Shown: positions 35,601 to 49,779 of the stretch, in pieces
How the letters are laid out: each line of letters begins with the position of its first letter
Position numbering within the stretch: the stretch's first letter is position 1
Source: Mobula hypostoma
Lineage: Eukaryota
Length of the DNA stretch: 64,000 nt
Reading direction: 5' to 3'
Assembly (NCBI RefSeq): GCF_963921235.1
Contig: NC_086107.1
Coordinates: 112,346,001-112,410,000 of the forward strand
Translations under genes and position numbers: made by a program
The notes under the pieces: generated by a model
The model's input: the letters and a program-made list of their open reading frames with translations, nothing else
What the model was told of the DNA's origin: nothing
Databases searched by the model: none

Positions 35601-37029
35601 TCCCCAGTTCCAAAGAAAATCACTGACCTGAAATGTTAACACTGGTTCTCGAGGACAAGCCTTTCCAGAGGTGTTTTTGGTGGAGGATGTTTCTGGTGAA
35701 GGACAGGATTCTGGAGGGGGATGTGTTTCTGATGGGGGACATGTTTCCGGTGGTGGACGTTGTCAACAATTTCATCTTCACCCCCAATGCAAAATTGTAC
35801 TTTTATCAGTTGTCAGACAGGCTCAGATATAATGCCCTAAACTGTCCCTGCACAACATCTGTTAAATGGTCTTTCCTGCTGTCCGTGTTCTGTGGATAAT
35901 TATTATGTCCATTCATGTGTTCACATTTATTTAAGTTGCTTATTGGAATTTGCACATGTAACCATTCTGCTAATTGTTGATTGCTCCTGGCAGTTTGCAC
36001 TATGGTCTTGTAAATTGTTGGTTGCAATTGTGTTGTCTGTTATGAGACGATCCTGTGTTTTATGCTTGCACCAGACCACAATCCATTCTGGTATGTTTCA
36101 GATACTGCCGATAAAGTGCTTCTGATTTTGCTTCTGAAGTTCGTCCCCAGTGGGTTTTATTAAAGCTGCCCTATCCACTAAGTATTTACAATTTTTAAAA
36201 ATATGAAATATTTTGCATTTGGACAGTTACAAGGTACCCAAATGAGCGTTGAGAAGAACCATAACATACAATGTTATGTACCAAGTCCTAGAATTGGGAT
36301 TAACCGGAGCTGTAAAGCTCTATAATTTTAGGCTTTTATATTCAAGTTCAAGCTTAATTGTCATTCGACCAGACACATGAATGCAGCCAGATGAAAAAGC
36401 ATTTCTCTGGGGCCAAGCTGCAGTACACGGAATAAACAATCACACACAACACACAGCACATATAATTATGATAACAGCAAAACATAGTTACAAAATATTT
36501 TGAAAAGGTAATAATATAGTCCAAGTCCCTGAGCGTCATGGCCTGCAGATCGATGGTGTCCTGGAGCCACATTTCTGCAAGAACAGCCCACAGCATTTCC
36601 TCATATCACATAATGCAGCTGTAGCCGTTACACAATCTAGCTTGTCTTCCCAGGAGTGAACACTGAAGAGCAGCACCAATGGGAGGGGGTCAGCCTCCAA
36701 TCCAACGCGGAATCCAGTGGCACACAGCCGGCTCCGGGGTCTCCTTCTGTGGAAGCTGCAGCAGGCGACGCCGAGGCATGAATGAGGCCTGGTTCACACA
36801 CAACCAAGGCCATGTGGCTCCCAGCTGTCGGCCTCAACCATAAACCAGTGAATCAGATTCGCAGGGTTCTACATTATCGAAGTCCAACAGGGTCTTGCAA
36901 TCACAACAAAAATGCCCAGGACAATTATCTGCACCATCCATCCACTGCTGCAAAGGATTTTGTTTACTGTGAAAGTGCTTTGGAACATTAAAGTCACAAG
37001 ACAAGCTATAGCAATGCAGCCAATAGCAT

Positions 37030-37525
37030 CAAGCGCAACACACAAAATGCTGGAGGAACTCAGCATGTCGGGCAGCATCTATGGAAATGAATACATAGTC
37101 AACGTTTCAGGCCGAGACCCTTCTCCAGGACTGAGAAGGAAGGGGGAAGACACCAAAATAAAAAGGTGGGGGGAGGCGAAGGGGGCTGGCTGGAAGGTGA
37201 TGGGTGAAGCCAGGTGGGTGGGAAAGGTCAAGGGCTAGAGAAGAAAGAATCTGATAGGGGAAGAGAGTGGACCATAGGAGAAAGGGAAGGGGGGTGGACA
37301 CGGGGGGAAGTAATAGGCAAGTGAGAAGACGTGAAAGGCCAGAGTGAGTAACAGAGGAAGGGAGGGGGAAACTTGTTTACCGGAAGGAGAAATCAATATT
37401 CATGCCATAGAGTTGGAGACTACCCAAATGGAATATAATGTGTTACTCCTCCACCTTGGCACAAGAGGAGGCCACGGACCAACACGTCGGGATGGGAAAG
37501 GGAATGGGAATTAAAATGATTGGCC
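37030..37525 (-). mobile_element. Penelope pLTR / 3' end
   Basis: cacacaaaatgctggaggaactcagc, hammerhead remnant gtttcaggccgagaccc, purine tract. Confidence 0.8.
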
Positions 37526-37604
37526 TATTGAATCGATGCCAGCCATCAAACGAATTTGCATGCATCTTATGCCAGTTCCATTATATGTTTATTCGTTATT
37601 TATT

Positions 37605-38165
37605 TGTTTGGAGGTACAGCGTGGAATATGCCCTTCCAATCTGACAAGCCATATCGCCTAGCAACCCCCTAACCTAATTACAGGACAAATTACTTTTTTT
37701 TTGGCGTGTGCGTCTGTGCGTCTGTGATGTCTTTTTCATGGCTTTTTACAAGGCGCCGAGAGGGAGAGACTGTGTGGTGTGCCAATCCTCACACAGACAT
37801 TCTCACAGTACTTTTCCCTTTTATTTTACGAGGTCGAGTTGCGATCTCAACACTCAACCCGGCACGGATGGAAAGCGCGCTCGGGAGCGGACCCGACTGG
37901 TTTCGAACTCGGGAACCTCCGCTCCCGGGTCTGGCGCTGATGTCATTACACCACCAGCTGGCCAATAGGACAATTTACAATGACCAGTTAACCTACTACC
38001 TGGTACGTCTTTGGACTGTGGGAGGAAACCAGAGCACCCGGAGGAAACCCACATGCTCACAGCAAGGATGTACAAAACTTCTTTCAGATGCCCTCGGAAT
38101 TGACCTCCGAACACCGATGCCCCAAGCTCTAATAATGTCACACTAACTGCTGTGCTACTGTGGCA
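37605..38165 (-). mobile_element. V-SINE with a family-B SINE nested at about 37700-37963
   Basis: V-core ctttggactgtgggaggaaaccagagcacccggaggaaaccc; nested copy with tRNA head; caggacaaattac/taggacaatttac flanks. Confidence 0.7.
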
Positions 38166-38244
38166 CCCTTTCTTCCTGCATTCCCATCGACCAATCTCCA
38201 ACAACTCACCCAGCTAGGTGCAACTTACAGTATTTCATTAAATT

Positions 38245-38645
38245 ACCGTTTCTGGGCAGATGGGAGCTCGTCAGCTACGGTTGGCAGCTCACCTAGGAAA
38301 AGGAAAGCTCTGACCTCAAACCTCCGCTAACTTGGGGTGAGACCCACTCATGGGGGAGGCTTCAAGAGTAAACTCCGAGGGAAAACTCCAGTGCTGGAGT
38401 CCCTAAGGCAGTCCTATGTTGAGTTCAACGTTGACTGGCAACTGCTGCGACACCGCTGGTGTCAAACCATATGGGTCTCTGCTGTTCCTTTGGATTCATC
38501 AGCTGCGTGGAGAAGGGAAGCCTGCTGTATGAGCAACAGCTTGCTCTCCACATTGTACTGCCCTGGCTTGCGTACTGACTTGCGTATGACATCTAGGATG
38601 CAACATCCATGGTCGGCCCTGATCAACGGAGGGTCTCACTAACTT
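38245..38645 (+). mobile_element. RTE-related non-autonomous element (relatives at 41280-41705 plus 42670-42735, and 56040-56430 on -)
   Basis: Shared blocks ggagtccctaaggcagtcc, gttcctttggattcatcagctgc and catccatggtc..aacggagg. Confidence 0.55.
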
Positions 38646-38734
38646 TAATGTGGATATTTTCTGCAGTTCTGGCCATCCCATTACAGAAAGGGTGTTGAGG
38701 CTTTGGGGAAGATGCAGTAGAGATTTATCATGGT

Positions 38735-39920
38735 AACCATCTCCTGTCCATCATCTCCCTTTGATTCTCCTCCTTCCCTTTCTTCCATGGTCCACTGTCC
38801 TCTCCTATCAGATTCCTTCTTCTTCAGCCCTTCACATATTCCACCTATCACCTCCCTGCTCCTTACTTCAAGGCCCCTCCCACGCCCACCCACCTCACCC
38901 TCACCTGGTTTTGCCTATCATCTACCAGGTACTCCTTCACTTCCCCCCACCTTCCTATTCTGGCTTCCTCCCCTTTCCTTTCCAGTCCAGATGAAGAGTG
39001 AAGAGTCTCGGCCTGAAACATCTACTGCCCTCCGTAGATACTGCCTGACTCATTGAGCTCCTCCACCATTTTGTGTTTGCTGCTCTGGACTTCCAGCAAT
39101 TGAAGAATCTCTTGTGTTTAGCACAGTAAACTCTTCTGCCTAGATTACAGGGATCAGGGGAGGCTGGACAATCTTGGGTTATTCTCTACGTTATATCAGA
39201 GATGAAGAGGAGACCTGTTTGAAATTTATAATGCAAGGAGAGACACGGATAGGGTAGACAGTCAAAATCTTCTCGGGCTTTGATTTTAACTGACGCTTTG
39301 ATGACAAACTCCGCCATCTTCACCGGGGCTGATGCCTGAGCATGTCAAGTCTAGAATTTGACAGGAGAGGAGAGTGCACCTTAGGAGAAAAGAAGGATGG
39401 GGGACATGGGGGGGGCATGATAGGCTGGTGAGAAGTGGTAAAGGGCCAGAGTAGGGAATAGAAGAGGGGAGGGGGAGGGAATCTTTTTTTACCAGAAGGA
39501 GAAGTTCATATTCAAGCCATCAGGTTGGAGGCTACCCAGGCAGAATATGTGTTGCTCCTCCACCCTGAGGGTGGCCTCGTCTTGTCACAAGAGGAGGCCG
39601 CAGACCGACTTGTTGGAACGGGAATGAGAATTGGAATTAAACTCTTTGGCCACCGAGAAGTTTCACTTTTGGCAGCTGAAGCAGTCCTTCCTCTCCAGCC
39701 CTTTATCATCCCTACCCACCCGGCTTCACCTAACCTGCTGGCTAGCCTCCTTCCCCTTACCCCACCTTGTTATTCTGGCGTCTTCCCCGTTCCTTGCCAG
39801 TCCTAACGAATCATCAACTCTTTAGTCATTTCCGTGGATGCTGCCTGACCTGCTGAGCTGCTCCTGAATGTTGTGTGTGTTGCTCTGGATTTCCAGCGTC
39901 CGCAGGCTTTTTCATGTCTA
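38735..39920. mobile_element. Cluster of Penelope pLTR fragments (+ 38735-39120; - 39350-39680; + 39680-39920)
   Basis: pLTR motifs (ggcctgaaac, gctgcctgacctgctgag, ggatttccagc, ggttggaggctaccc). Confidence 0.7.
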
Positions 39921-40386
39921 GGAATTTATTGAGCCAGAAGGTGGTGAATCTGTGAAACTCATTGCCAGGGATGGTTGTGGAGAACACCTCTCATTGGATA
40001 TATTTGAAGCGGAGCTTGATAGGTTCTTGATTAATAAGCGTGTCAAAGGTTATGGAGTGAAAGCAGGACAATGGGGTTAAGAGAGATCATAAGTCAGCCA
40101 TGATAGAACAGTGGAGCAGACTCGATGGGCTGAATAGCCTGTCTTGTGGTCTGATAGTCCTAATTAACTCTCTGGTTAGGAGGGAGTTTCAATGCTTTGA
40201 TAAGCTCACATCACTGGACCTCTAAAATTAAGGGCTGCTTTATATCTCTGTCACGGTGCATGTATGTTCATTAAACCCTGATAAATAATAAATCTCTCCC
40301 ACTGCCATTTTTCTCTCGCTAAATAAAGAAGCAGAAATGAAGGGAGGGTTATTTTTTACTGGGAGTTAATGACCTGCTCTTTCATC

Positions 40387-40915
40387 AGAGAGGGGGAGAG
40401 AGAGACAGAGTAAGAGAGAAAGGGGGAGAAGTTTTGTGTGTTAGGGAGTGAGAGAGAGAGGGAGAATGTGTGAGCGAGAGAGTTGGAGAGAAAGGGGGAT
40501 AGAGTGAGAGGTAGAATGTGAGAGTGAGTGAGGCGGGGAGAGAGGAAGAATGTGTGTGTGTGTATGTGTGTGAGAGAGGAAGAGAGGGAGAGACAGAAAG
40601 AAAGAGAGGTAGAATCTGTGTGAGAGTTAGAGAGAAAGCCGGATAGAAAGGTAGAATGTGAGAGACAGTGAGAGAGAGAGAAAGAAAGAGATAGAGAAAG
40701 AATATGCGTTTGACAGAGAGTGAGAGAGAGAGAGAAGGGGGCAGGGAAATAGAGTGAGAGAAGAAGAATGTGTGAAAAAAGTGTGTGAGAGGATGAGAGA
40801 GAGATGGAATGTGACAGGGAGAGAGAGAGAGGAGAGGAAGAGAGAGAGAGATGAGAAGAGAGAGAAGGGGACAGAGAGAGAGGAGGGGAGGAGAGAGAAA
40901 CAGAGAGAGAGAGAG
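40387..40915. repeat. GA-rich low-complexity tract
   Basis: Directly visible. Confidence 0.95.
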
Positions 40916-42991
40916 CCCTTAGTATTATCAAGGACCCCACTCATCCATCCAGCATCCTCTTTGACTTTCTACCATCAGGCAGGAGACTCCGATGCATAAA
41001 GACAAGAACGGTCAGGATGAGAAACAGCTTCTTCCCTCAGGCCATTAGGCTTCTGAACTCCCTGCCACGTCACATTCAAAGTGTCACCTGATAATTTGTA
41101 CTTAATTCATGCACTTCACTTTGTTTATCTATGCATAATTCACTTGTAGATTTAATTCTTACTTTCCTAAGTTATTGTGTGTTATGTGTACTACTGTGCT
41201 TTACACTGTAGTCCGGTGAGACATTCTCATTTGACGGTATGCATGTATATCGTTAAACGACAATAAACTTGACTTGGTAGGATCGTGTGAGTGTGGAACG
41301 AGCTACTAAGCCTGTCAGAACCGTTTCTGCTGACAGGAGACGGGCCAAAGGCGGGTTACTTGCACCTTCAGTCCAGATGCTGCGGGCAGATGGGGCTTGT
41401 CAGCCATGTTGGCCGCTCGTCTTGGAGAAGCAAAACTCTCCTCACAAACCTCGACTGCCAGTCAGCTACACCCAGTCATGAGGAAGGCTTTGGGAGTAAA
41501 CCCTGAAGAATCATCTGGAGCCTGTGTCCAGAATGCAGTCCTACATCAGGTTCAACTCTGACTGACAACTCCTGCAGTGCTGCTGGTGCTGAACTGTATC
41601 GGTCTCTGCTGTTCCTTTTGGATTCATCAGCTGCATGGAGCGAGGCGGGGAAGGGAGTCTGCTGCATGGGCAACAGCTTTCGCTCCATACCGTACTGCCC
41701 TGGCTTCGTTCAAGTTCAAGTTTAATTGTCATTCAACCATCCATGAATACTCATGAATACAGCAAAACGAAACAGCGTTACTATAGGACCAAGGTGCAAA
41801 ACACAGAACCAACAGTCACACACAGCACAAAGCACATATTGCACATATAGGATATCAGTAAAATGTGGTCACGCAAGTAAATAGTCCAAGACCCTGAGTC
41901 CATGAACATTGCAGTGGTCTGCAGTTGAGCACAATACAGCTCATCTTCTGCCAAGAAAATGCTGGGGTGGGAGCAGCACTGATTCCAGAATGGATGCCAT
42001 GCCACACTGACTCCACCTTCTGGTGGAGCGCCCGATTCCGATGCTTCCCCCCGGCCACCTGCAAACAGGTGACACTGTGGCCTGAGGCCTAGTCCTTGCT
42101 ATGACCAATGCCCTGCAGCTCCCACCGTCCACCAGTAAACCAATGAACTGGACTTGCAGCATACAAGGTTCAAGGTACATTTATTATCAAAGTTTGTATG
42201 CAGTATACAACTCTGAGATTCATCTTCTCCAGACAGCCATGGAACAAAGAAAACCATGAACGCCATTCAAAAGAAAAACATCAACCTCCTCAACGCACAA
42301 AAAAAACAACAAATCACACAAATGGCAACAAGAACATCAAATATCCCCACGCCAAAAAAAAACAAACAAGAAAGAACGGACCACCACCAATATCCAAAAG
42401 GGTCTTACAATCACAAGAAAAGTGACTAAGAGAGTCACACTCACTGTTAGACTGCACACCTCCTTCACACCGTATCACAGTCCACACCAAGCCCAGCTCC
42501 GTCAGTCTCTCAGCCAACGGCCAACTCGCTGATGGAGTAAAGCTGCAGCACTCTAAGTTCTTAATGTCCTGCAGGCTCTTGCAATTGTAAAAAAAAAATT
42601 TTAAAAAGACAATAACACCTTTGGTTGACCCATTAGAAGCCACTGAGTCCAAGTGCGCAACCATATCATATGCGCCTTGCATATCACGTAGACAGCTAGG
42701 ATGCAGCATCCATGGTCAACCAACGGAGGGTCCCCCCCCCCCACTTCATGGAAGAGAACACGCATAATTTTCAAGAAATGCAAAGAACTCAACATCTAAT
42801 AAAGTAAATGAATACTTGTAAAAAATTATGCTGGAGAAATTAATGGAACTGAAAGTAAGTAAGTCCCCAGGGTCTGATAATATGTGAATCATGGAGCTTA
42901 CGTCTTCTAGAATTCCATACATTATGGAGTAATGTTTTCAGATGGCAGAAGAATGTAACACTCCTGTTTAATAAAAATATAAGTGAGAAAA

Positions 42992-43520
42992 TGGCCACTT
43001 CATTATTCAGTACAGCTGTACACCTGCTCTTTATTGAAAATATCTAATCAGCCAATGCATAAAAGCATGCAGACATGGTCAAGAAGTTCAGTTGTTGTTC
43101 AGATCAAACATCAGAATGGGGAAGAATTGTGATCTAAGTGAGTTTGACTGTGAAATGATTGTTGGCGCCAGACGGGCTGGTTTGAGTATCTCAGAAACTG
43201 CTGATCTCCTGCGACTTTCACACACAGCAGTCTCTAGAGTTTACAGAGAACGGTGGAAAGAACAGAAAAAGATTCAGTGCTCAGCAGCTCTGTGGGTGAA
43301 AACGCCTTGTTGATGACAGAGGTCAGAGGAGAATGGCCAGACTGGTTCAAGCTGACAGGAAGGCGACAGTAACTCAAATAACCACACATTACATTAGTGG
43401 TGTGCAGAAGAGCATCTCTGAATGCACAACATGTTCATTGAAGGACTGGGTTACCGCAGCAGAAGACCACAAACATTCACTCAATGGCTACTTTATTAGG
43501 TACAGGAAGGGCACTGAGTG
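42992..43520 (+). mobile_element. Non-autonomous Tc1 derivative
   Basis: ORFs 43092-43313 and 43333-43530 (Tc1 HTH); decayed TIRs. Confidence 0.82.
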
Positions 43521-43924
43521 TTCAGCATGACAAAAGGTTCACAAAGTACTCCAGGCATGGTTTCAGCAAGCCCCTGTATATCTGTAGGTATCCTTGCTTC
43601 TGTACTCAGACCCTCTCACCATAAAAACCAGCATTTGATTTACCATCACCGCTGCTTTCTGCGTCTGTGTGTTTGTATTCAGTGACATGTACAAGGACAC
43701 CCAGATCACATTATACGTCAAGCGTTCGCAGTCTATTACCACTTAAATAATGCCCTTCTGAAACAGATCAGAATCCGATTTATTATTGCTGCCTTATCTG
43801 ACATGAAATTTGTTGCTTTGCATCATAAAGACATAAAATTGCTGTATGCTACAAGATCAATTTACAATGCAAAAGCAAGAAAAAGTGAACATCACACGCA
43901 AAATGCTGGAAGAACTCAGCAAGT

Positions 43925-44570
43925 TATAGTCATAGAAAGGTACAGCACAGAAACAGACCATTTGGCCCATCTAGTCCAGCCCGATCCATTTAAACTGCCA
44001 ACTCCCATCGACCTGCCCCGGGACCATAGCTCTCCATACCCCTACCATCCATGTCCCTATCCAAACTTCTCTTCAACGTTGACTTCGAGCTGGCATCCAC
44101 CACTTGTGCTGGCAGCTCGTTCCACACTCTCACCACCCTCTGAGTGAAGAAGTTTCCCCTCATGTTCCCCTTAAAAGTAAAGATTTTTACTCCTCATCTA
44201 CATGAAGGACGTAAGTAATAAAGTCAATTCAATTCAATTTAATTCATTTCAACTTTTCACCTTTCACCCTTTAACCCATGGCGTCTGGTTGTAGTCCCAC
44301 CCAACCTCACTGGCAAAAACCTACCTGCATTTAGCCCATCTACACTCCTTATAACCTTGTATACCTCTAACAAATGTCCTCTCAATCTTTTGTGTTCCAA
44401 GGAATAAAGTCCTAACCTATTCAATCTTTCCTTATAACTCAAGTCCTCCAGATCTGGCAACATCCTCGTAAACTTTCTCTGTAGTCTTTGAACCTTATTT
44501 ACATCTTTCTTGTAGGTAGGTGACCAAAACTGTACGCAATACTCCAGGCAACATCTACGGAGGTGAATAA
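43925..44570 (-). mobile_element. CR1 3' fragment with a short (ATTCA)n-tailed insertion at about 44176-44250
   Basis: LEYCVQFWSP..RLNRLGLYSLE in ORF 44257-44700, plus CR1 3'UTR. Confidence 0.82.
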
Positions 44571-44571
44571 A

Positions 44572-47500
44572 TAGAACCATAGAACCATAGAAACTACAGC
44601 ACAGAAACAGGCCCTTTGGCCCTTCTTGGCTGTGCTGAACCATTTTCTGCCTAGTCCCACTGACCTGCACACAGACCATATCCCTCCATACACCTCCCAT
44701 CCATGTATCTGTCCAATTTATTCTTAAATGTTAAAAAAGAACCCGCATTTACCACCTCGTCTGGAGTATTGTGTTCAGTTTTGGTCACCAAATTACAGGA
44801 AGGATATAAATAAGGCAGCTATATACTCCCACCACTCTCTGTGTGAAGAAGCCCCCCCTAATGTTCCCTTTAAACTTTTCCCCCCTCACCCTTAACCCTT
44901 GTCCTCTGGTTTTTTTCTCCCCTTGCCTCAGTGGAAAAAGCCTGCTTGCATTCACTCTATCTATACCCATCATAATTTTATATACCTCTATCAAATCTCC
45001 CCTCATTCTTCTACGCTCTAGGGAATAAAGTCCTAAACTATTCAACCTTTCTCTGTAACTGAGTTTCTCAAGTCCCGGCAACATCCTTGTAAACCTTCTC
45101 TGCACTCTTTCAACCTTATTTATATCCTTCCTGTAATTTGGTGACCAAAACTGAACACAATACTCCAGATTCGGCCTCACCAATGCCTTATACAACCTCA
45201 TCATAACATTCCAGCTCTTATACTCAATACTTCGATTAATAAAGGCCAATGTACCAAAAGCTCTCTTTACGACCCTATCTACCTGTGACGACACTTTTAG
45301 GGAATTTTGTATCTGTATTCCCAGATCCCTCTGTTCCACTGCACTCCTCAGTGCCTTACCATTAACCCTGTATGTTCTACATTGGTTTGTCCTTCCAACA
45401 TGCAATACCTCACACCTGTCAGTATTAAACTCCATCTGCCATTTTTCAGCCCATTTTTCCAGCTGGTCCAGGTCCCTCTGCAGGCTCTGAAAACCTTCCT
45501 CACTGTCTACTACACCTCCAATCTTTGTATCATCAGCAAACTTGCTGATCCAATTTACCACATTATCATCCAGATCATTGATATAGATGACAAATAACAA
45601 TGGACCCAGCACTGATCCCTGTGGCACACCACTAGTCACAGGCCTCCACTCAGAGAAGCAATTCTCTACCACCACTCTCTGGCTTCTTCCAACAACCCAA
45701 TCTCTAATCCAATTTACCACCTCTCCATGTATATCTAGCAACTGAATTTTCCTAACTAACCTCCCATGCGGGACTTTGTCAAAGGCCTTACTGAAGTCCA
45801 TGTAGACAATATCCACTGCCTTCCCCTCATCCACTTTCCTGGTAACCTCTTCGAAAAACTCCAACAGATTGGTCAAACATGACCTACCACGCTCAAAGCC
45901 ATGTTGACTCTCCCTAATAAGCCCCTGTCAATCCAAATGCTTGTAGATTCTGTCTCTTAGTACTCCCTCCAATAACTTACCTACTACTGACGTTAAACTC
46001 ACCGGCCTATAATTTCCCGGATTACTTTTCAATCCTTTTTTAAATAACGGAACAACATGAGCCACTCTCCAATCCTCCGGCACTACACCCGTAGGCAGTG
46101 ACATTTTAAATATTTCTGCCAGGGCCCCGGCAATTTCAACACTAGTCTCCTTCAAGGTCCGAGGGAACACTCTGTCAGGTCCCGGGGATTTATCCACTTT
46201 AATTTTCCTCAAGACAGCAAGCACCTCCTCCTTTTCAATCTGTACAGTTTCCATGGTCTCACTACTTGATTCCCTCAATTCCATAGATTTCATGCCAGCT
46301 TCCTTAGTAAATACAGACGCAAAAAACCTATTTAAGATCTCCCCCATTTCCTTTGGTTCTGCACAAAGCCAACCACTCTGATCTTCAAGAGGACCAATTT
46401 TATCCCTTACAATCCTTTTGCTCTTAATATACTTGTAAAAGCTCTTCGGATTATCCTTCACTTTGACTGCCAAGGCAACCTCATGTCTTCTTTTAGCCCT
46501 CCTGATTTCTTTCTTAAGTATTTTCTTGCACTTCTTATACTCCTCAAGCACCTGATTTACCCCCTGTTTCCTATACATTTCATACAACTCCCTCTTCTTC
46601 TTTATCAGAGTTGCAATATCCCTTGAGAACCAAGGTTCCTTATTCCTATTCAATTTGCCTTTAATCCTGACAGGAACATACAAACTCTGCACTCTCAAAA
46701 TTTCCCCTTTGAAGGCTTCCCACCTACCAATCACATCTTTGCCAGAGAACAACCTGTCCCAATCCACGCTTTTTAGATCCTTTCTCATTTCTTCAAATTT
46801 TGCCTTCTTCCAGTTCAGAACCTCAACCCTGGGACCAGATCTATCCTTGTCCATAATCAAATTGAAACTAATGGTGTTATGATCACTGGAACCAAAGTGC
46901 TCCCCTACACAGACTTCCGTCACTTGCCCTAATTCGTTTCCTAACAGGAGATCCAATATTGCATCCCCTCTAGTTGGTCGCTCTATATACTGATTTAGAA
47001 AACTTTCCTGAACACATTTTACAAAGTCTAAACCATCTAGACCCCTAACAGTATGGGAGTCCCAATCAAATGTATGGAAAATTAAAATCCCCTACCACCA
47101 CAACTTTTATGTTTCCTGCAATTGCCTGCTATCTCTCTGCAGATTTGCTCTTCCAAGTCTCGTTGACTATTGGGTGGTCTGTAATACAATCCTACTAATG
47201 TGGCCATACCTTTCCTCAGCTCCACCCATAAGGACTCAGTAGACAAGCCCTCTAATCTGTCCTGCCTGAGCACTGCTGTAATATTTTCCCTAACAAGCAA
47301 TGCTACTCCCCCACCTTTCATTCCTCTGCCTCGATCACATCTGAAACATCGGAACCCTGGAATATTAAGCTGCCAGTCCTGCCCCTCCTGTAGCCAAGTT
47401 TCACTAATTGCTATAACGTCATAATTCCACGTGTCAATCCACGCCCTCAACTCATCTGTCTTCCCCGCAATACTCCTAGCATTGAAATATATACACCTCA

Positions 47501-47938
47501 GGAGATTTTTACCACCACTCACAACCTTTCTATCAGCGGATTGCTTAAACTTTCAATATCATTTATTTTCACCCCAGCCACACTGTCAGCTCTGGCACTC
47601 TGGTTCCCATCCCTCTGCAAATCTAGTTTAAAGCCTCCCCAATAGCACTAACCAACCTCCCTGAAAGGATATTGGTCCCCCTGTGGTTCAAGTGTAACCC
47701 GTCTCTCTTGTACAGGTCCCACCTGCCCCAGAAGAGATCCCAATGATCCTGAAAACTGAAACCCTGCCCCCTACACCAGTTCCTCAGCCACTTGTTCCTC
47801 CTCCAGAGCATCCTATTCTTACCCTCACTGGCACGTAGCACAGGTAGCAATCCTGAGATTACCACCCTTGAGGTCCTGCTTTTCAACTTCTTACCAAGCT
47901 CTCTATACACACTCTTTAGGACCTCTTCATTCTTCCTT
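44572..47938 (-). mobile_element. Long CR1 LINE: ORF1 C-terminus (SGNH esterase-like), ORF2 (APE endonuclease and RT) with frameshift and stop, and 3'UTR
   Basis: ORF1 DGLHLN (47623-47910); EN YFNARS..ISETW..YYRPP (47082-47522) and SSDH; RT DFSKAFD, SGVPQGSVLGP, FADD (44785-45876); (AGAACCAT)n tail. Confidence 0.96.
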
Positions 47939-48422
47939 ATTCAATATTTCAGGCCAAGATCCTTCACCAGGACTGGAAAGGAAGGGGACAGAGGCCAGAA
48001 GAAGAAGGTGAGGGGAGAGGAAGGAGTATGAGCTGGCGGGTGATAAGTGAAATAATGAGATAATTCTCCGGGGACATGGATCATTCAGAATGATGAAGGG
48101 GACATAACTGTTCCTGAATCATTGATGATGGGTTCTCATTCTCCTCTAACTTCTCCATGATGGTAATGAGAAGATGGCATGTTCTTGATCGTGATACTGC
48201 TTAGGGATGGGTGCCATCTTGAGACACCACCTCTTAAAGATGTTTTCCGTATTGAGGTTGACAATATCACATTTATCTACATTATACTACATCTGCAATG
48301 TATTGACACCCTTGAGTCACCCTGAAGCCTTTTTGCATTCTCCTCACAACTCACAATGCCACCCAGTTTTGTCATCGTTAAAGACAGAAATAAGATATTT
48401 AGATTATTCATCCATATTGACA

Positions 48423-48996
48423 CACACTCAGTGGCCACTTTATTAGGTACACCCTACACCTGCTCATTAATGCAAATATCGAATCAGCCAATCACCTGGC
48501 AGCAACTCAATGTATAAAAACATGCAGACATGGTCAAGAGGTTCAATTGTTCAGACCAAACATCAGAATGGGGAAGAAATGTGATCTAAGTGATTTTGAT
48601 CATGGAATGATTGTTGGTGCCAGATGGGGTGGTTTGAGTATCTCAGAAACTGCTGATCTCCTGGGATTTTCATCTGCAACGGTCTCTAGAGCTTACAGAG
48701 AATGGTGCGACAAACAGAATAAAATTCCAGTGAGCGGCAGTTCTGTGGGTGAAAAAACCTTGTTGATGAGAGAGGTCACAGGAGAATGGTCAGACTGGTT
48801 CAAGCTGACAGGAAGGTGACAGTAACTCAAATAACCACACGTTACAACAGTGGTGTGAAGAAGAGCATCTCTGAATGAACAACACGTCGAACCTTGAATT
48901 GAATGGGCTACAGCAGCAGAAGACCACAGACGTACACTCAGTAGCTACTTTATTAGGTATAGGAGGTACCTATTAAAGTGGCCACAGAGTTTGTAT
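48423..48996 (+). mobile_element. Non-autonomous Tc1 derivative
   Basis: Intact left TIR CACTCAGTGGCCACTTTATTAGGTACAC; MGKKCDLSDFDHGMIVGARWGGLSISETADLLGFS. Confidence 0.88.
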
Positions 48997-49779
48997 ACTT
49001 TGAATAGCAGGGGGCTCAAGGGCTGATCCTTGTGGGTTCCCACGAGTGCCTGCCTGATATGGTTATTCGTGACTATCATCAAACCTACAATCCACGGGCA
49101 GGATACTCTCTCTAATCCCATGTGTTGTAGTTTTACATATTTATGAGTAACTTTATCGAAAGACTCTTAAAATTATATCCACTAACTAATCTACAGGTTA
49201 CATCCTTGAAAAAATAAAGTTCCCACCAGAATCAGAATTAGATTTATAATCACTGACATGAAATTTTGCAGTTTTGCAGCAGCAGTACAGCGCAAAGACA
49301 TAAATTTGCAATAAATTGCAAAATAAATAAAGGACTGAGAGAGGTAGCGTTCATTGGCTGATGGATCACTCAAAAATCAGATAGCAGAGCGGAAGGTGTC
49401 TCTGAGTAGCTGAGTGTGGATCTTCAGATTCCTGGTACTCCTCCCTGATGGTAGCAACGGGATGAGGTTGAGGCTGAGAGGGAAATGGATCGGCCAGGAT
49501 GAAATGGTGGACAGAACTGATGGGCCAAATGGCCTAATTCTGCTCCTATATCTCATGGACTTATAGTCTTAAAACTCCTCTTTGAGCCAAAACTCTTCCA
49601 AAATTCTTTTCAATCATTAACTTTAGAATACCTTTTCTCCCCCACAGAACATGAAATTATGTGGTAGTGGAGGAGAGGATTGGTTAAGAACCAAAGAGAA
49701 ACAAGGAGGAAAGATATACTTGTATATTAATTGTGCTGCAGAACGCCAAAGAAGAGTATTTCAAATATATGCACTGTTA

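Noticed and set aside
40356..40999. Leu/Ser- or Arg/Glu-rich ORFs (also 59371-59900)
   Set aside because: GA/TC low-complexity sequence.
44785..46956. Functional host reverse-transcriptase gene or retron-like system
   Set aside because: Ordinary CR1 ORF2 with a stop, a frameshift and a disrupted C-terminus.
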